A stretch of DNA of 64,000 nucleotides. Origin: Octopus sinensis. Its lineage: Eukaryota. Shown here piece after piece: positions 12,922 to 26,088 of the stretch. The notes under the pieces were generated by a model. That model was not told the DNA's origin. It saw nothing but the letters and a program-made list of their open reading frames with translations, and ran no database searches. The first letter of the stretch is position 1; each line of letters opens with the position of its first letter. Position numbers and translations under genes: made by a program. The stretch lies in NCBI RefSeq assembly GCF_006345805.1, contig NC_043018.1, positions 18,476,001 through 18,540,000 of the forward strand. Reading direction: 5' to 3'.

Positions 12922-13684
12922 TCACAACGTGAAGATACATGAGGGCAGATCATCTAGGTCCTACGTAATTGCTGAAAATAGCAGTCAAATCTCTCTCGAA
13001 TACCATCAACCTTCTTAAAACATATACTTACACATATGCACACATACACACACACACAAAAAAAAAAGATGATGGGCTTATTTTTGCTTCCATCCATTAA
13101 ACCCACTCACAAGGCTTGAGTGGGTTTGAACCTGAAACCACATTGGTTGGGAAGCAAACTTAAAGACCAACCTCTCAATATATTTGAACTGAACATTTAA
13201 GAGCTGGATAACACAACACAGTATCGACTTCCTCATTGCATGGTTAGTATTTTTGTTGAATTTTGGGAGGGTCATTATACCAAAAATAATGAACACACAC
13301 ACTGGTTCAATGTCACTTCCTGCTGCTCCCCACCCCCATATTCCCTAAAACAACAGTAACTAAAATCGAAAACAATTAAGTTTTAAACTCACAAACCACA
13401 GAATGTCAGAAAGAGTCAATTGGAGAAAAGGAATCGTAAAAGACGGAGTTCGTGTTTACCCAAAATACAGACCACACTCAATAACTGCTTGACCGATGTA
13501 TGGTATGGGCAGAAAAACTTCTTTGAATATGCATGCCTCGCTGATTTAATATTTAATTCATTCTGCAAATATTCCAGAGAAATATGCTAACCGAAAATCA
13601 GTGACCAGAAGAAAAGTTATTTAAAATCGATGACGGAATAAAAAGCTTAACTGCTCACGTATATACCTACTTACATACATACAT

Positions 13685-13719
<35 letters not shown>

Positions 13720-13937
13720 CTTGTGTGTAAGTGCATATACATACAAACATATAAATATACATACATACATATGTATATACACACATACATAGGCATATAA
13801 TCAGATTTATAAGCAAATATGCAAATATATAAATACATATATAAACACATCTATATACACATATAAACGTACCTATATACGTATATATGAATATACAAAG
13901 ACACCTACACATACATAGATAGAAATATGCATATACG

Positions 13938-14001
<64 letters not shown>

Positions 14002-14030
14002 CTATATATATGTATGTATATATGTGTATA

Positions 14031-14091
<61 letters not shown>

Positions 14092-14179
14092 ACACACACA
14101 CACATGGTATATTGGAAAAGAATTAAATACAGACACAAAAACCAAATAAAGATTTAATGTGCTCAAGTGTATATGTATG

Positions 14180-14199
<20 letters not shown>

Positions 14200-14217
<18 letters not shown>

Positions 14218-14474
14218 ACACACACATATGTTCTTATGTATACTTAAGTATACACACACATTATAAACACAAGACACACTAATATACACAAATATATTCA
14301 TGCTATCATACAGTTACACACACACACACACACATATGTAATGTGTATAGTTAGATGGGAAATATATACAGAAAAAGTTAATTATTCACACACAGTGAAT
14401 TCAACAGCCCCTCCCATGCTCTCTGTTTGTCTCCCCCCCTCTCTCTCTATATATATATATATTCAGTTATACAC

Positions 14475-14509
<35 letters not shown>

Positions 14510-14554
14510 CAGTTATACACACATACATACATATATATATATATATTATATATC

Positions 14555-14588
<34 letters not shown>

Positions 14589-15109
14589 CAGAGAAAGAGA
14601 GTGCAAACAAGTGATACATACACACATGCACACATACACACACACACACATATCAAGGAATAGAATTTGAAGAAAAGATACCAAAATACATATACACCCA
14701 TTCTGATATCATGTGTAGAAACATAAAAATTATGAGCTATGAATATATCTTGTACTCTACCAGCACCTTCACACACACACACATACACACACACACCATA
14801 CACACACACACATACACACACACACACACACACAACACACACACACACACACAAAATACACACACATATGTTCTATGTATACTTAAGTATACACACACAT
14901 TATAAACACAAGACACACTAATATACACAAATATATTCATGCTATCATACAGTTACACACACACACACACACATATGTAATGTGTATAGTTAGATGGGAA
15001 ATATATACAGAAAAAGTTAATTATTCACACACAGTGAATTCAACAGCCCCTCCCATGCTCTCTGTTTGTCTCCCCCCCTCTCTCTCTATATATATATTCA
15101 GTTATACAC

Positions 15110-15141
<32 letters not shown>

Positions 15142-15188
15142 TACTTAGAGAAACACACATACCACATATTTGATATATATATTACATA

Positions 15189-15226
<38 letters not shown>

Positions 15227-15449
15227 CAGAGAAAGAGAGTGCAAACAAGTGATACATACACACATGCACACATACACACACACACACATATCAAGGAATA
15301 GAATTTGAAGAAAAGATACCAAAATACATATACACCCATTCTGATATCATGTGTAGAAACATAAAAATTATGAGCTATGAATATATCTTGTACTCTACCA
15401 GCACCTTCACACACACACACACACACACATACACACACACACATACACA

Positions 15450-15490
<41 letters not shown>
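14200..15490. repeat. Tandem duplication, ~639-bp period, bounded by (CA)n
   Basis: ATGTGTATAGTTAGATGGG at 14341 and 14980. The unique segments repeat in the same order. Confidence 0.9.
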
Positions 15491-15495
<5 letters not shown>

Positions 15496-15684
15496 CACAC
15501 ATAATGATACATACAGTTGCATACTTAATATCATGAAGGTTTTGAAAATTGAGAGGATCCAATAACAGGGATCAGACCTCGTCAAGAGCTCAATGCCACA
15601 CACACCCACACACTTAATCTCAATTTGCGGCAGCATCCTGTATTTATAATCCCATTATCCTGCTAAATTCCCAATTTCCTGTGT

Positions 15685-15810
15685 CTACAGAAATCCTGGT
15701 TTCCTTGGCACAGCAAGGACAATAGGGAAAGTGCTAGATGCTTTCAATGGAAGGATACTAATCAAATACTGGTAGGAAAACCTGATGAACGAAACAAATA
15801 ATAACCATAA
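15685..15810 (+). mobile_element. Short R4/Dong-like 3' remnant
   Basis: LQKSW(F)/LGTARTIGKVLD resembles the RLE-element terminus 'LQK..LLGTARILRKVL' and is followed by (TAA)n. Confidence 0.5.
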
Positions 15811-15877
15811 TAATAATAATAATAATAATATTAATAATAATAATAATAATAATATTAATAATAATAATAATAGTACA

Positions 15878-16045
15878 GGTGCAGGTATAGCTGTGTGGTA
15901 AGAAGCTTGCTTCTCAACCACATGTGTCCGTGTTCAGTTCCACTGTGTGGCACCTTGAGCAAGTGTCTTGTACTATAGCCTTGGGCTGACCAAAGCCTTG
16001 TGAGTGGATATGGAAGACAGAAACTGAAAGAAGCCTGTCGTATAT
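15878..16045 (+). mobile_element. SINE family A 5' half
   Basis: GGTGCAGGTATAGCTGTGTGGTAAG...GAAACTGAAAGAAGCCTGTCG followed by (TA)n. Confidence 0.75.
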
Positions 16046-16072
16046 ATATATATATATATATATCAATCGTTT

Positions 16073-16430
16073 TTAATTGAGAAAGAAACCAAACGATGTT
16101 GGATCAAGGTATGCGGTAAAGAAGAAAGAAAAGCCAAGAGATATGACAGGTTAGCTTGGGAAGTTAAGCAGGTGTGGTCGCTGAAAAAGGTGGTAGTAGT
16201 ACCAATAATTGTCAGAGCCCTGGGAACAGTGTATAAAACTCTTGAGAAGTACATGGAACAAATAGGGGCTGCGATAAGGGTGGAGCACTTCCAGAAAACA
16301 GTAGTGCTTGGAATCGCTCAAATACTCCGGATGGTGCTCGAGAAATAAGAGGTGTTACCTTAGTTCACTGGTAGTGAACAGCTGGTACTGTAGTACATCT
16401 CCAGCGTTAGAAGCTGTGCTAAGACAATAA
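16073..16430 (+). mobile_element. R4/Dong-like 3' fragment, second family
   Basis: LIEKETKRCWI...KRYDRLAWEVKQVWSLKKVVVVPIIVRALGTV...QKTVVLGIAQILRMVLEK* (stop ends at 16348), then a UTR and (TAA)n. Not recovered by the ORF track. Confidence 0.75.
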
Positions 16431-16584
16431 ATAATAATAATAATAATAATCCTTTCTACTATAGGCACAAGGCCTGAAATATTGGGAGTAGGGGACTAGC
16501 CGAGTACATCAATCCCACTGTTTCAATGGTACTTACTTCCTGTCTTTGTAATTTTAAAATTTCACAAAATATTTGTATTAAGAA

Positions 16585-16981
16585 CTAGCAGTATCGCCTG
16601 GCGGTGCTCGGGTTTGTAAGGGAAATATCTATATAAGCATTTTTAGAGATGTAAAGTACAATAGCCATTTCAATATGGCTAACCACAAAAGGGGGGGTGT
16701 TACTGTAGCTTTTTACATTCTGAGATTTAATAATACATTTTTAGAGAGTTACTTCCCTTATATATGCCAAAACTGCATTAAAAATGGGGAAAAATGATGG
16801 TAAATTTTTTTTTTAATCGTAGACTCATCGTAGACGCGCGGTAATACCCAGAAGGGCTCGATATGAATCACGACTATAAGATACCCGGTTTTGGTTACAC
16901 TGCACCACAAAATGTGGGAGTAGTTAGGAATCTAAATCGTAGGAGACAGACACCACACAACCTCTCTTTTATATATAAAGA
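16585..16981 (-). mobile_element. Non-autonomous Helitron-like element
   Basis: On the minus strand it starts TC (A|TCTTTATATATAAAAG) and ends CTAG|T, preceded by a GC-rich imperfect hairpin. It sits in an A|T dinucleotide with no TSD. Confidence 0.7.
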
Positions 16982-17098
16982 TTTCTGCACAAACACACAC
17001 ACTGTACACAAACACACACACTGTACACAAATGCATACTCACATATTTACATGGAAACAAACAATACAATAAAAAAATAAAGAACCTAATAAAACAAG

Positions 17099-17515
17099 AT
17101 ACTCTTTACTCTTTTACTTGTTTCAGTCATTTGACTGCGGCCATGCTGGAGCACCGCCTTTAATCGAGCAAATCGACCCCGGGACTTATTCTTTTGTAAG
17201 CCCAGTACTTATTCTATCGGTCTCTTTTGCCGAACCGCTAAGTGACGGGGACGTAAACACACCAGCATCGGTTGTCAAGCAATGCTAGGGGGGGACAAAC
17301 ACAGACACACAAACACACGCACACACACATATATATATATATACATATATACGACGGGCTTCTTTCAGTTTCCGTCTACCAAATCCACTCACAAGGCATT
17401 GTCGGCCCGGGGCTATAGCAGAAGACACTAGCCCAAGGTGCCACGCAGTGGGACTGAACCCGGAACCATGTGGTTGGTTAGCAAGCTACTTACCACACAG
17501 CCACTCCTGCGCCTA
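17099..17515 (-). mobile_element. SINE family A copy
   Basis: Collinear with 4033-4437. Confidence 0.85.
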
Positions 17516-17769
17516 TATTATTTATAGAAATAAAATATGATTTTCTAACTAGGTTGAGTAGGGTACCACATAATCCCTTTCTTTTTACCTATTTCTCAAT
17601 TTGTATTTTAGTGTAACCGAATGCACCAGTGAGCCTTTTCGTGAGATATTTGTTGTTGAAAAACACCATCTTGAGAGTATTCTTTTTTAAATTCAGTATA
17701 ATGCATTAATCTTTAATTTATCTATCTTTTGCATGTTTTTATATTGCAGAAAATTCTCTGACAACTCCA

Positions 17770-17999
17770 TTAACCCATTAGTGTTTGCATTATTCTGCCA
17801 AAATTAATGCTTTTTCATCCACATTGATTTGAACTAATCATTCATTAATCTTGTAGCTATGAGATTTTGATGAGGTAGCTGTTAATTTTTAAAACGATAT
17901 TGTAGGGTTGGTGTGAGAGACCAGATCTGGCCAGTTTGAACATAAAACAGGCAGAATACTTTTGGCCGGATATGGCCGGTTTAAATGCTAAAGGGTTAA
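17770..17999 (-). mobile_element. piggyBac-type MITE (family 1)
   Basis: TTAACCCATTAG...CTAAAGGGTTAA termini. Reverse orientation of the 18746 copy. Confidence 0.8.
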
Positions 18000-18629
18000 T
18001 ACATGAATTCTCAAAGTAATTCTGAGACAAAATCAGCATAACTGTACAACTTTGAATTACAGAAACGTTTCATCAGATGGGCTTCCACACAGTTTCCATT
18101 TAATCATTTTTCACTCAGAAAGGAAGGGCCAACCCAAACCTACTGAAAATGACATCTGCTCATAATGCCTTGCAATGTGATTGAACCCAGGACCCTATTG
18201 TTGTGAACCAAAATTCCGAAAGATTTTGCCCCACAGCGTGTATGAATACTTGCGGAGACAGCAATAAAATGGTAAGCTCGGTGTCCTTATCAATTAACAG
18301 GAATTCAGGACAAAAAAACTTGGCAATGGTTTGTGAATATCATGACACAAGGTCACACACTTTCGTGCCATATCAATCACGTAGCATATGTCTGTCAACA
18401 CGGATAATATCATGGTAACCAATCAAACACGTTATGTTCCAGAATAAAAATGTAAAAGACCTGATTTCTCATGGATGTCATGACCACAGATTATGCTAAT
18501 TTGTTAACAAATAAAATTGACAAAATTTAGACATGAACCATAGGTATCACTGTAAAGCTCCATAAAAAAAAAGACAAGCACAGACCTCACAAATAAATAA
18601 CTTTTTGTTTGACCATTTTCATGTCAAAA

Positions 18630-19426
18630 TATTGGGTTGTCTGGAAAGTTTGTGCAAGTTTCTTGTAGCTTACCTTTCAACTTATTTTAGAACATGGTTG
18701 AGTCCTTAAAATAGGATTTGACTACACCTCCATTTAGAGCCCAGTTTAACCCTTTAGCATTTAAACTGGCCATATCCGGCCAAAAGTATTCTGCCTGTTT
18801 TATGTTCAAACTGGTTAGATCTGGTCTCTCACACCAACCCTACAATGTCATTCTAAAACATTCACAGTTACCTCATCAAAATCTCATAGCTACAAGATAA
18901 TGCATGATTAGTTCAAAACAATGTGGATAAAAATGGATTAATTTTGGCAGAATAATGCGAACACTAAAGGGTTAAGCTATCTTTTCGTGGAAGAAGGTTT
19001 ATGTTCCTATAACCTGTGTTAATTCTGTAACCCTTTAAAATGGAAGATAAGAAAGTTCATTTTCGGCACTTGTTGCTTTGGAAACCAGACAAAAAATTTC
19101 TGCAGCTCGGCTGGGATGTGTTACCCCACTCTCCATATTCACCAGATATTGCTCCTTCGGATTTCCACTTATTCAGGTCTCTGCAGAATAGTCTTAATGG
19201 TAAATATTTCAATTCCTTGGATGACGTAAAAAGATACGTTGACGAATTCTTTGCCATGAAACCACCTCAATTCTGGGAAGAGGGTATTTTCAAGTTAAAG
19301 GAAAGATGGAGACGCATTGTGCAACAAAATGGTTCATATTTGGTTGATTAAAAATGTCATGGCAAGTATTTATTGACCTTTTTTTTTCCTTTAAAAATTG
19401 GCACGAACTTTCCGGACAATTCAATA
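18630..19426 (+). mobile_element. Internally deleted mariner (DD34D) element
   Basis: Imperfect ~30-bp TIRs (TATTGGGTTGTCTGGAAAGTTTGTGC / GCACGAACTTTCCGGACAATTCAATA) with TA ends. ORF 19040-19351 fuses the N-terminus MEDKKVHFRHLLL to the C-terminal WDVLPHSPYSPDIAPSDFHLFRSL. Confidence 0.9.
18746..18975 (+). mobile_element. piggyBac-type MITE nested in the mariner 5' region
   Basis: TTAA-CCCTTTAG...CTAAAGGG-TTAA located between the mariner left TIR and its ORF. Confidence 0.85.
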
Positions 19427-19597
19427 CATTCTTTCTGCAGATAGTTTATATTGTTTGAGAGTTCTGGATGTGAACTTTCTTCTCATATACTTTTGATCAA
19501 AATCTGACACTTTCATATCAAGCCAGACCCTCATATTTCCACCCATTCACAATGTTTGTCTCATATTTGCTTTTGACTGCCGGACAGTAGCATTCAT

Positions 19598-20029
19598 TCT
19601 ACTCTCTTTTACTTGTTTCAGTCATTTGGCTGTGGCCATGCTGGATCACCACCTTTAGTCGAGCAAATTGACCCCAGGATTTATTCTTTGTAAGCCTAGT
19701 ACTTATTCTATCGGTCTCTTTTGCTGAACCGCTAAATTACGGGGACATAAACACACCTGCATCGGTTGTCAAGTGATGTTTGGGGGACAAACACAGACAC
19801 ACAAACATATACACACATACATACATATATACATATATATATTATATATTTATATATATATATACATATATACGACAGGCTTCTTTCAGTTTCCATCTAC
19901 CAAATCCATTCACAAGGCTTTGGTCAGCCCAAGACTATAGTAGAAGACACTAACCCAAGGTGCCACGCAGTGGGTCTGAACCCGGAACCACATGATTTGT
20001 AAGCAAGCTACTTGCCACACAGCCACTCC
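19598..20029 (-). mobile_element. SINE family A copy
   Basis: Collinear with 4033-4437. Confidence 0.8.
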
Positions 20030-20662
20030 TACTCTTTCTTTTACTCTTTTACTTGTTTCAGTCATTTTGACTGCGACCATGCTGGAGCATCACCTTTACG
20101 CCTCTAATATTTTAAAATTACAAACTGAAATGATGGGAGCAGGATTAAAAAATTACAAATTCTTAATAATTTTTTAATATCATAGGTTTCTATTAGTAAA
20201 CATTTTTCTTATACACACACACACACACACACATTGAAAAACCTCAATGCATGTCAGAGTGACAAAGAAATGAGAAAGGTATCAGATGTTCATGGGGTGT
20301 GCTAGAAACAATAGCTAAAACTCCCTTAAATCACATACCTTTCATCAGAAAATATTTTCAATTTTTTTTTTTATCACAAAAAGCTTCTCGCTTCATTTTT
20401 AAGTGTGTAATGGAAAAAAAAATGGCCAAAATCTGTAGGGAATGAAGTAAAGGGGATGTGGGCGAAAAAAAAACAAATTTTCCAAAATTGGTTTTCATAA
20501 AAAGCTTCCCACCATTATTTCCAAGACCATGGTGAAAAAAATATTTAGAAAAATTGCAGTCAAAATGGAAAAAAATCGAACTTATGCAAGCATCAAGATC
20601 AGAAAAAGATACAATAAACAGATATAATAATAATAATAATGATAATAATGATGATGATGATG

Positions 20663-20704
<42 letters not shown>

Positions 20705-20727
20705 TAATGATAATAATAATAATAATG

Positions 20728-20772
<45 letters not shown>

Positions 20773-20796
20773 TAATAATAATAATAATAATAATAA

Positions 20797-21270
20797 ATTG
20801 TTGTGAAAGACCAAAACAATAAAGTTTGCTTATTGATCGACATGAGCATCCCCTGTGATCATAATATCTCAGCGAAAGAGTTTGACAAGCTCAGAAAATA
20901 TAAAGACCTACTCATTGAAATTGAGAAAATGTGGCATCTCAAGGCGGTTACAATACCAGTGATTGTAGGAGCACTAGGAATGATCAAGAAGGGAACCGAA
21001 AATTATATGAGAATGATCCCTGGCTTACCATCTCTGCAAGAAGTGCAAAAGATTGTCTTAACTGGTACATCACACATGTTGAGAAGAGCATTGTCGATGT
21101 GAGAATTATTACTACCCATGTATTTTAACTTAAAAAAATTTTTTAAAAATGAATGAACTATTGAGTTTAGTTTAATGGCCTACCAATGTATACTATGAGT
21201 TTCTTTGCCCTAGGAGTCGGGAAGACACTCGGCAAGAAATGGAAGCAAATTTGAAAGAAGAAAAAAAAAG
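20797..21270 (+). mobile_element. R4/Dong-like non-LTR retrotransposon 3' fragment inside a (TAA)n array
   Basis: IVVKDQNNKVCLLIDMSIPCDHNISAKEFDKLRKYKDLLIEIEKMWHLKAVTIPVIVGALGMI...LTGTSHMLRRALSM* is an RLE (PD-D..K) C-terminus, truncated just after the expected RPD motif. TAA arrays lie on both sides. Confidence 0.85.
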
Positions 21271-21286
21271 TAATAATAATAATAAC

Positions 21287-21333
<47 letters not shown>

Positions 21334-21873
21334 AATTATTGTACACAGTGCTCAGGTGCACCACAACTTGTCATGTCCAATCACATTGCAAAGTCCCAAA
21401 AACAAAATTAATGGAAAAAAAAAAAGAAGTAAAATGATGCCTTAGAGAACCTTAGTAAGTAAAAACAATTATTTTCTATATACTGCTGCCGTTTTAATGT
21501 TCCCTTTTCCACGCTTGCATGGGGTCAATGGAATTCTTTGAGACTGATTTTCTACAGCCAGATACCCTTTCTGTGGCAAACATTTACTTATTTTTAAGTA
21601 TGGTATGATTTCCTCATGCCTGAATATGTTTTTTTATTTTTGGGGGAAAAATCGGAATCAAACAGAACTGCTTATATAACAGTGACACTCATTTACAACT
21701 TCTGTGTGATGTCAAGACAAAAAGATACATATACTTTTCTGTTAGTAAATAATGATTTTCCTTACACACACACACAAACACACACACACACACACACACT
21801 TATTTGATGTGGGATGAGGTGAGGTTAAAAATTTTAAATTACAAAATTTATTTTGGTTGCTTAAATCCCAGCA

Positions 21874-22094
21874 ATGGACTGCTCTTGGCTAAACAAAACC
21901 CATGCATTACTTCTGCATCATCAACCCATGACATGTGTGTGTGTGTGTATGTGTGTGTGTGTGTGTGTGTGGATAACAGACCTCTTTTTGTTGCCATTTA
22001 ATGAATCTATACACAAGATTTTATTTGGTCTACATAATGGACCGCTCTTGGGCTAAACAAAACCCATACATTACTTCTGCATCATCAACCCATG

Positions 22095-22142
<48 letters not shown>

Positions 22143-22202
22143 ATAACAGGCCTCTTTTTGTTTCCATTTAATGAATCTATACACAAGATTTTATTTGGTC
22201 TA
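21874..22202. repeat. Tandem duplication, ~163-bp period
   Basis: ATGGAC(T/C)GCTCTTGG...(TG)n...ATTTGGTCTA at 21874 and 22037. Confidence 0.9.
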
Positions 22203-22289
22203 GGGCTGCAGTAGAAGATACTTGCCCAAGATGCCACACAATGGAACTGAACCCAAAACTTTGTGGTTCCAAAGTGAATTTTCTAACCA

Positions 22290-22582
22290 CATCATCATCA
22301 TCATTGTTCGACCGTGGTCAAGACAATGGAATTTACCATGCTACGCCAGACTTCACGGTCCATCATGGCATTACGGAGGTCTTGTTGCTGGATGCCTGTA
22401 TCCCTGGAGATTACATCAGGGTAGGAGAGTGTGCGCCCTCTGGTATTGCGAGTAGATGGCTTCCAGAGGAGAAGAGTAGAAATTACCTCTTTTTCAGCTC
22501 TACAACAATGTCCAGCAAACTGGACTCTCCTACCTTTCACAAGAGATGACACAGGTGGTAGTTTCCCATATATTTGCATTTT
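22290..22582 (-). mobile_element. Second RTE-like family, 3' fragment
   Basis: ORF 22301..22579(-): RRVQFAGHCCRAEKEVISTLLLWKPS...GRTLSYPDVISRDTG...REVWR, with a (GAT)n tail. Confidence 0.8.
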
Positions 22583-23137
22583 GGTTGGATGACGCTAACC
22601 ACACAGCCATGTCTGTGCCTATCTCATTGTTACAAACAGAATATATGGTTTCAATAACATATACCACATGTAAAAATAATGGTAAGCAAGGAACCAAAGC
22701 AAAACAAAACAAAACAAAACAAACCAGATTAAAATAGAAACAAACTATTTACAAACAGATCAATAATGTTCATTAATAAATCAAACAGTATTAGAAGCAA
22801 TAAGCATAAGATGAGGATTTATGATGGATTTTGCAGTGTTAGTTTAATGAGAGCACATTATAAAAACAAATGTTTTATTTGTTAAAAACGATGCCTCCTC
22901 AAAAGTTTATCTCCCAACAAAGAGAACCCCATGATTAGAAGGACAACATCACAAGATTAGCCATGTACAGATTCCACCAAAAGATGCATACGCAGCTCAG
23001 GAAAGGAGAAATCTGTATAAATCTGAGATGCAGCACGAAGTTTTGTCAGTGAACAGGTTGCGGTCTCAAAGCGATGAAAATATTTTGACAAATTAAATTT
23101 AAATGTTGAAGTGAATCTAACGGTTTTTGTGTGTTTC

Positions 23138-23365
23138 TTAACCCTTTAGCATTCAAACCGGCCATATCTGGCCAAAATATTTAACCTGTTTTATATTGAA
23201 ACTGGCCAGATCTCGCCTCTCACCTCAGCCCTACCATGTCATTCTAAAACTAAAAATTCACATCACTGAAATCTCTAAACTACAAGATAATGCATGATTA
23301 ATTCAAACCATTTTAAATAAACAAACATTACGTTTGACAGAATAATCTGAACACTAAAGGGTTAA
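23138..23365 (+). mobile_element. piggyBac-type MITE (family 1)
   Basis: TTAA duplicated at both ends, with CCCTTTAG/CTAAAGGG TIRs. Confidence 0.85.
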
Positions 23366-23617
23366 ATGGCTTATAAACACCTTCCATGCTGTAATTATTT
23401 TCGTTCCAGCACACGATCTCGGATCAAGTCACTCGCTATGCAAGTACATCTCCATAATGTATAAATATTTATCTTGTTTAAGTACCCCTATAAATGTAGG
23501 TACCTCTTTCAATGTTTTACCAAATTGTAATACCACTGAATAAATTGCAATAACACCGAATACAAATATTTATACAGATTTTTCCTTTCTTGAAGTGTGT
23601 GTACATTTTTGGTGGAC

Positions 23618-24023
23618 TCTTTTTTTTTTTTAATTGTTTCAGTCATTTGACTGTGGCCATGATGGAGCACCGCCTTTAATCGAGCAACTCGACCCCAGGA
23701 CTTATTCTTTTGTAAGCCCAGTACTTATTCTATCGGCCTCTTTTGCCGAACCGCTAAGTAACGGGGACATAAACACACCAGCATCGGTTGTCAAGCAATG
23801 CTAGGGGGACAAACACAGACACACAAACACACACACGCATATATATATATACATATATACGACGGGCTTCTTTCAGTTTCCGTCTACCAAATCCACTCAT
23901 AAGGCTTTGGTTGGCCCGAAGCTATAGTAGAAGACACTTGCCCAAGGTGCCACGCAGTGGGACTGAACCCGGAACCATGTGGTTGGTAAACAAGCTACTT
24001 ACCACACAGCCACTCCTATGCCT
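23618..24023 (-). mobile_element. SINE family A copy
   Basis: Collinear with 4033-4437. Confidence 0.85.
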
Positions 24024-25628
24024 CTGTATATGTCTAATAAATGGAGCAGCAAAATTCTTACTCCAGGCATGGAAGGATGATAGCTTGACTGGTTTCATTC
24101 TTTTTTGATTTGAATAAGCTTTAAGAATTCTTAGGATTACATAATGCTGCTGTTGCTGCTGTTGCTGTCCTTGTTATTACTGCATATTCTGAGGTCAGCC
24201 ATCATAAGGCAGACCTGTGATCAAAGCATTCCAGCCGTGAACATTTTATTACGTATATCGACATCTACCTTATCCAACATACACTTTCCTTCTTCAAAAT
24301 GGTAGGCTATATTTTGAGGGAATTTGGCAGCTTTTATTAACAGACTCCTTCCTTCATTCATATGCCATGTGGCCTTTCTGTTTTTATAGCCGAATGGTTA
24401 AAAATAGACGTATGTTCTTCAAGAAGCTATTCAGTTTATTTTGGCACTAATCTATATCTCGTACAGGACACAAAACAATACAAGTCATTGCAAATATCTT
24501 TAGAATCTCACCAAAAATTGGGCGACATTGGGGAAATAGTGTCCTCTCTCTCTCCCTCTCACTTTTGCCTGATTAGATTTCTCAGTTACATGCACATGTA
24601 TTATTTGTGAGAGGATATTGTCTCTGAACCAGGAAAATGTTAATATCGCATTAGATGGACAAAGATTTATTTGCCTTTTATTGAAAATATGAACCAATCA
24701 CTTCAATCCAGCGCAAGGCTGTATTTGAAGAAGCTGAAACATTAATATACAAAGAATAATGGTTTCCTCTTCTAACCAGATTATTTTACCTGTTATTACC
24801 AGCAAGGTTTTCTGTCTCTACCAATCTAGATATAATTATTTCTATACCTGCCAAACAGTAATTTAATAGCATTATATGGTTCCATGCTCTCAACAGTGAC
24901 GGTTGACAGTGGAGGAAAGATATGTGTTTGTGTTTTTACCATGACCGATGCTACATGTTCTGAAACAAACATCTATTTAGCATCAATGATTTTGGAACAA
25001 TAACACAACTGATTCCCTCAGCTGTTCTTATTTTTGTTTCCTGAAAAAGTTGCATAATAGAGGCAATAATTCCTTATTTCTGTTGCTGGTATTTAAATGC
25101 AATTCGCTTCCAATCATGACATTGATAGATCATTTTCCTTCGATTTATTGGCACATACTCAAGTTCAGATTTTACTCCATATTCTATAGAGGCCAAATCC
25201 CATTAGTGCCAGCCAGCCGTTTTTGTTCAGTGTTGGAATGGAGAGAACAAACGACCGTTATATTATTCACAGTTGTCATTAAGACCTGGTCTCACTCCAT
25301 TGCTTTGATGACAGTGATGTCTTTGATATAACGGGCAATAACGATCCCTTAATAAGTCAAATCTTCATACCTGTGAGATGATGATGGCTTATTGTCATAT
25401 TGTGATCATTGAACCCCAGATGAATCATGACTGAGCAGGTCTTTGATCAAAGATGCTCCAGCTGTAACCATTCCGTTCTCCAAAATTTGGAGGGGGATTT
25501 TGCTGTTGTTTCTAGCAGATCAAACTACTACATACAGGATCTCTCACTGAGTTATCCTGACTTTCTGTCTTGCTGTAGTTAAAAGATTAATTGTTTTTTC
25601 CTGTTACTACAGTGCTGGTTAACAGGCA

Positions 25629-25694
<66 letters not shown>

Positions 25695-26043
25695 GATGAT
25701 GATGATGATGGCGATGACATATTTCTCATTCAAATGTAAAGCTTTATGCTGTTGCATCAACACAAAATGTCTCGAGGCAAAAACTGACCAATAGAAAAAG
25801 TACAAGGCTCAGGAAAAAAAAAAAAAGAAAGAAAAAGTACTAGGATCAGTTTGTTTGACTAAAACCCTGTAACGTGGTGCCCCAGCATGGCCACAGTCCA
25901 ATGACTGAAACAAGTAAAAAAACAAACAAAAACAAAACAAAACATATATTGCATATGATACCAACATTTTTTTTCTCTTCTTTGTGTATCCTAACGCTCT
26001 GTGTGTGTGTGCATGTCTGTATGTGTGTATATGTATAAATATG

Positions 26044-26088
<45 letters not shown>

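Noticed and set aside
15782-15800. CTGATGAACGAAAC, a hammerhead-like core
   Set aside because: No stem II between CUGAUGA and GAAA and no NUH/stem I partner.
24848-24959. Minus-strand AG/GT-bounded open segment (HVASVMVKTQTHIFPPLSTV...)
   Set aside because: No resemblance to INPP5F or any protein I recognise; such segments are expected by chance in 64 kb.
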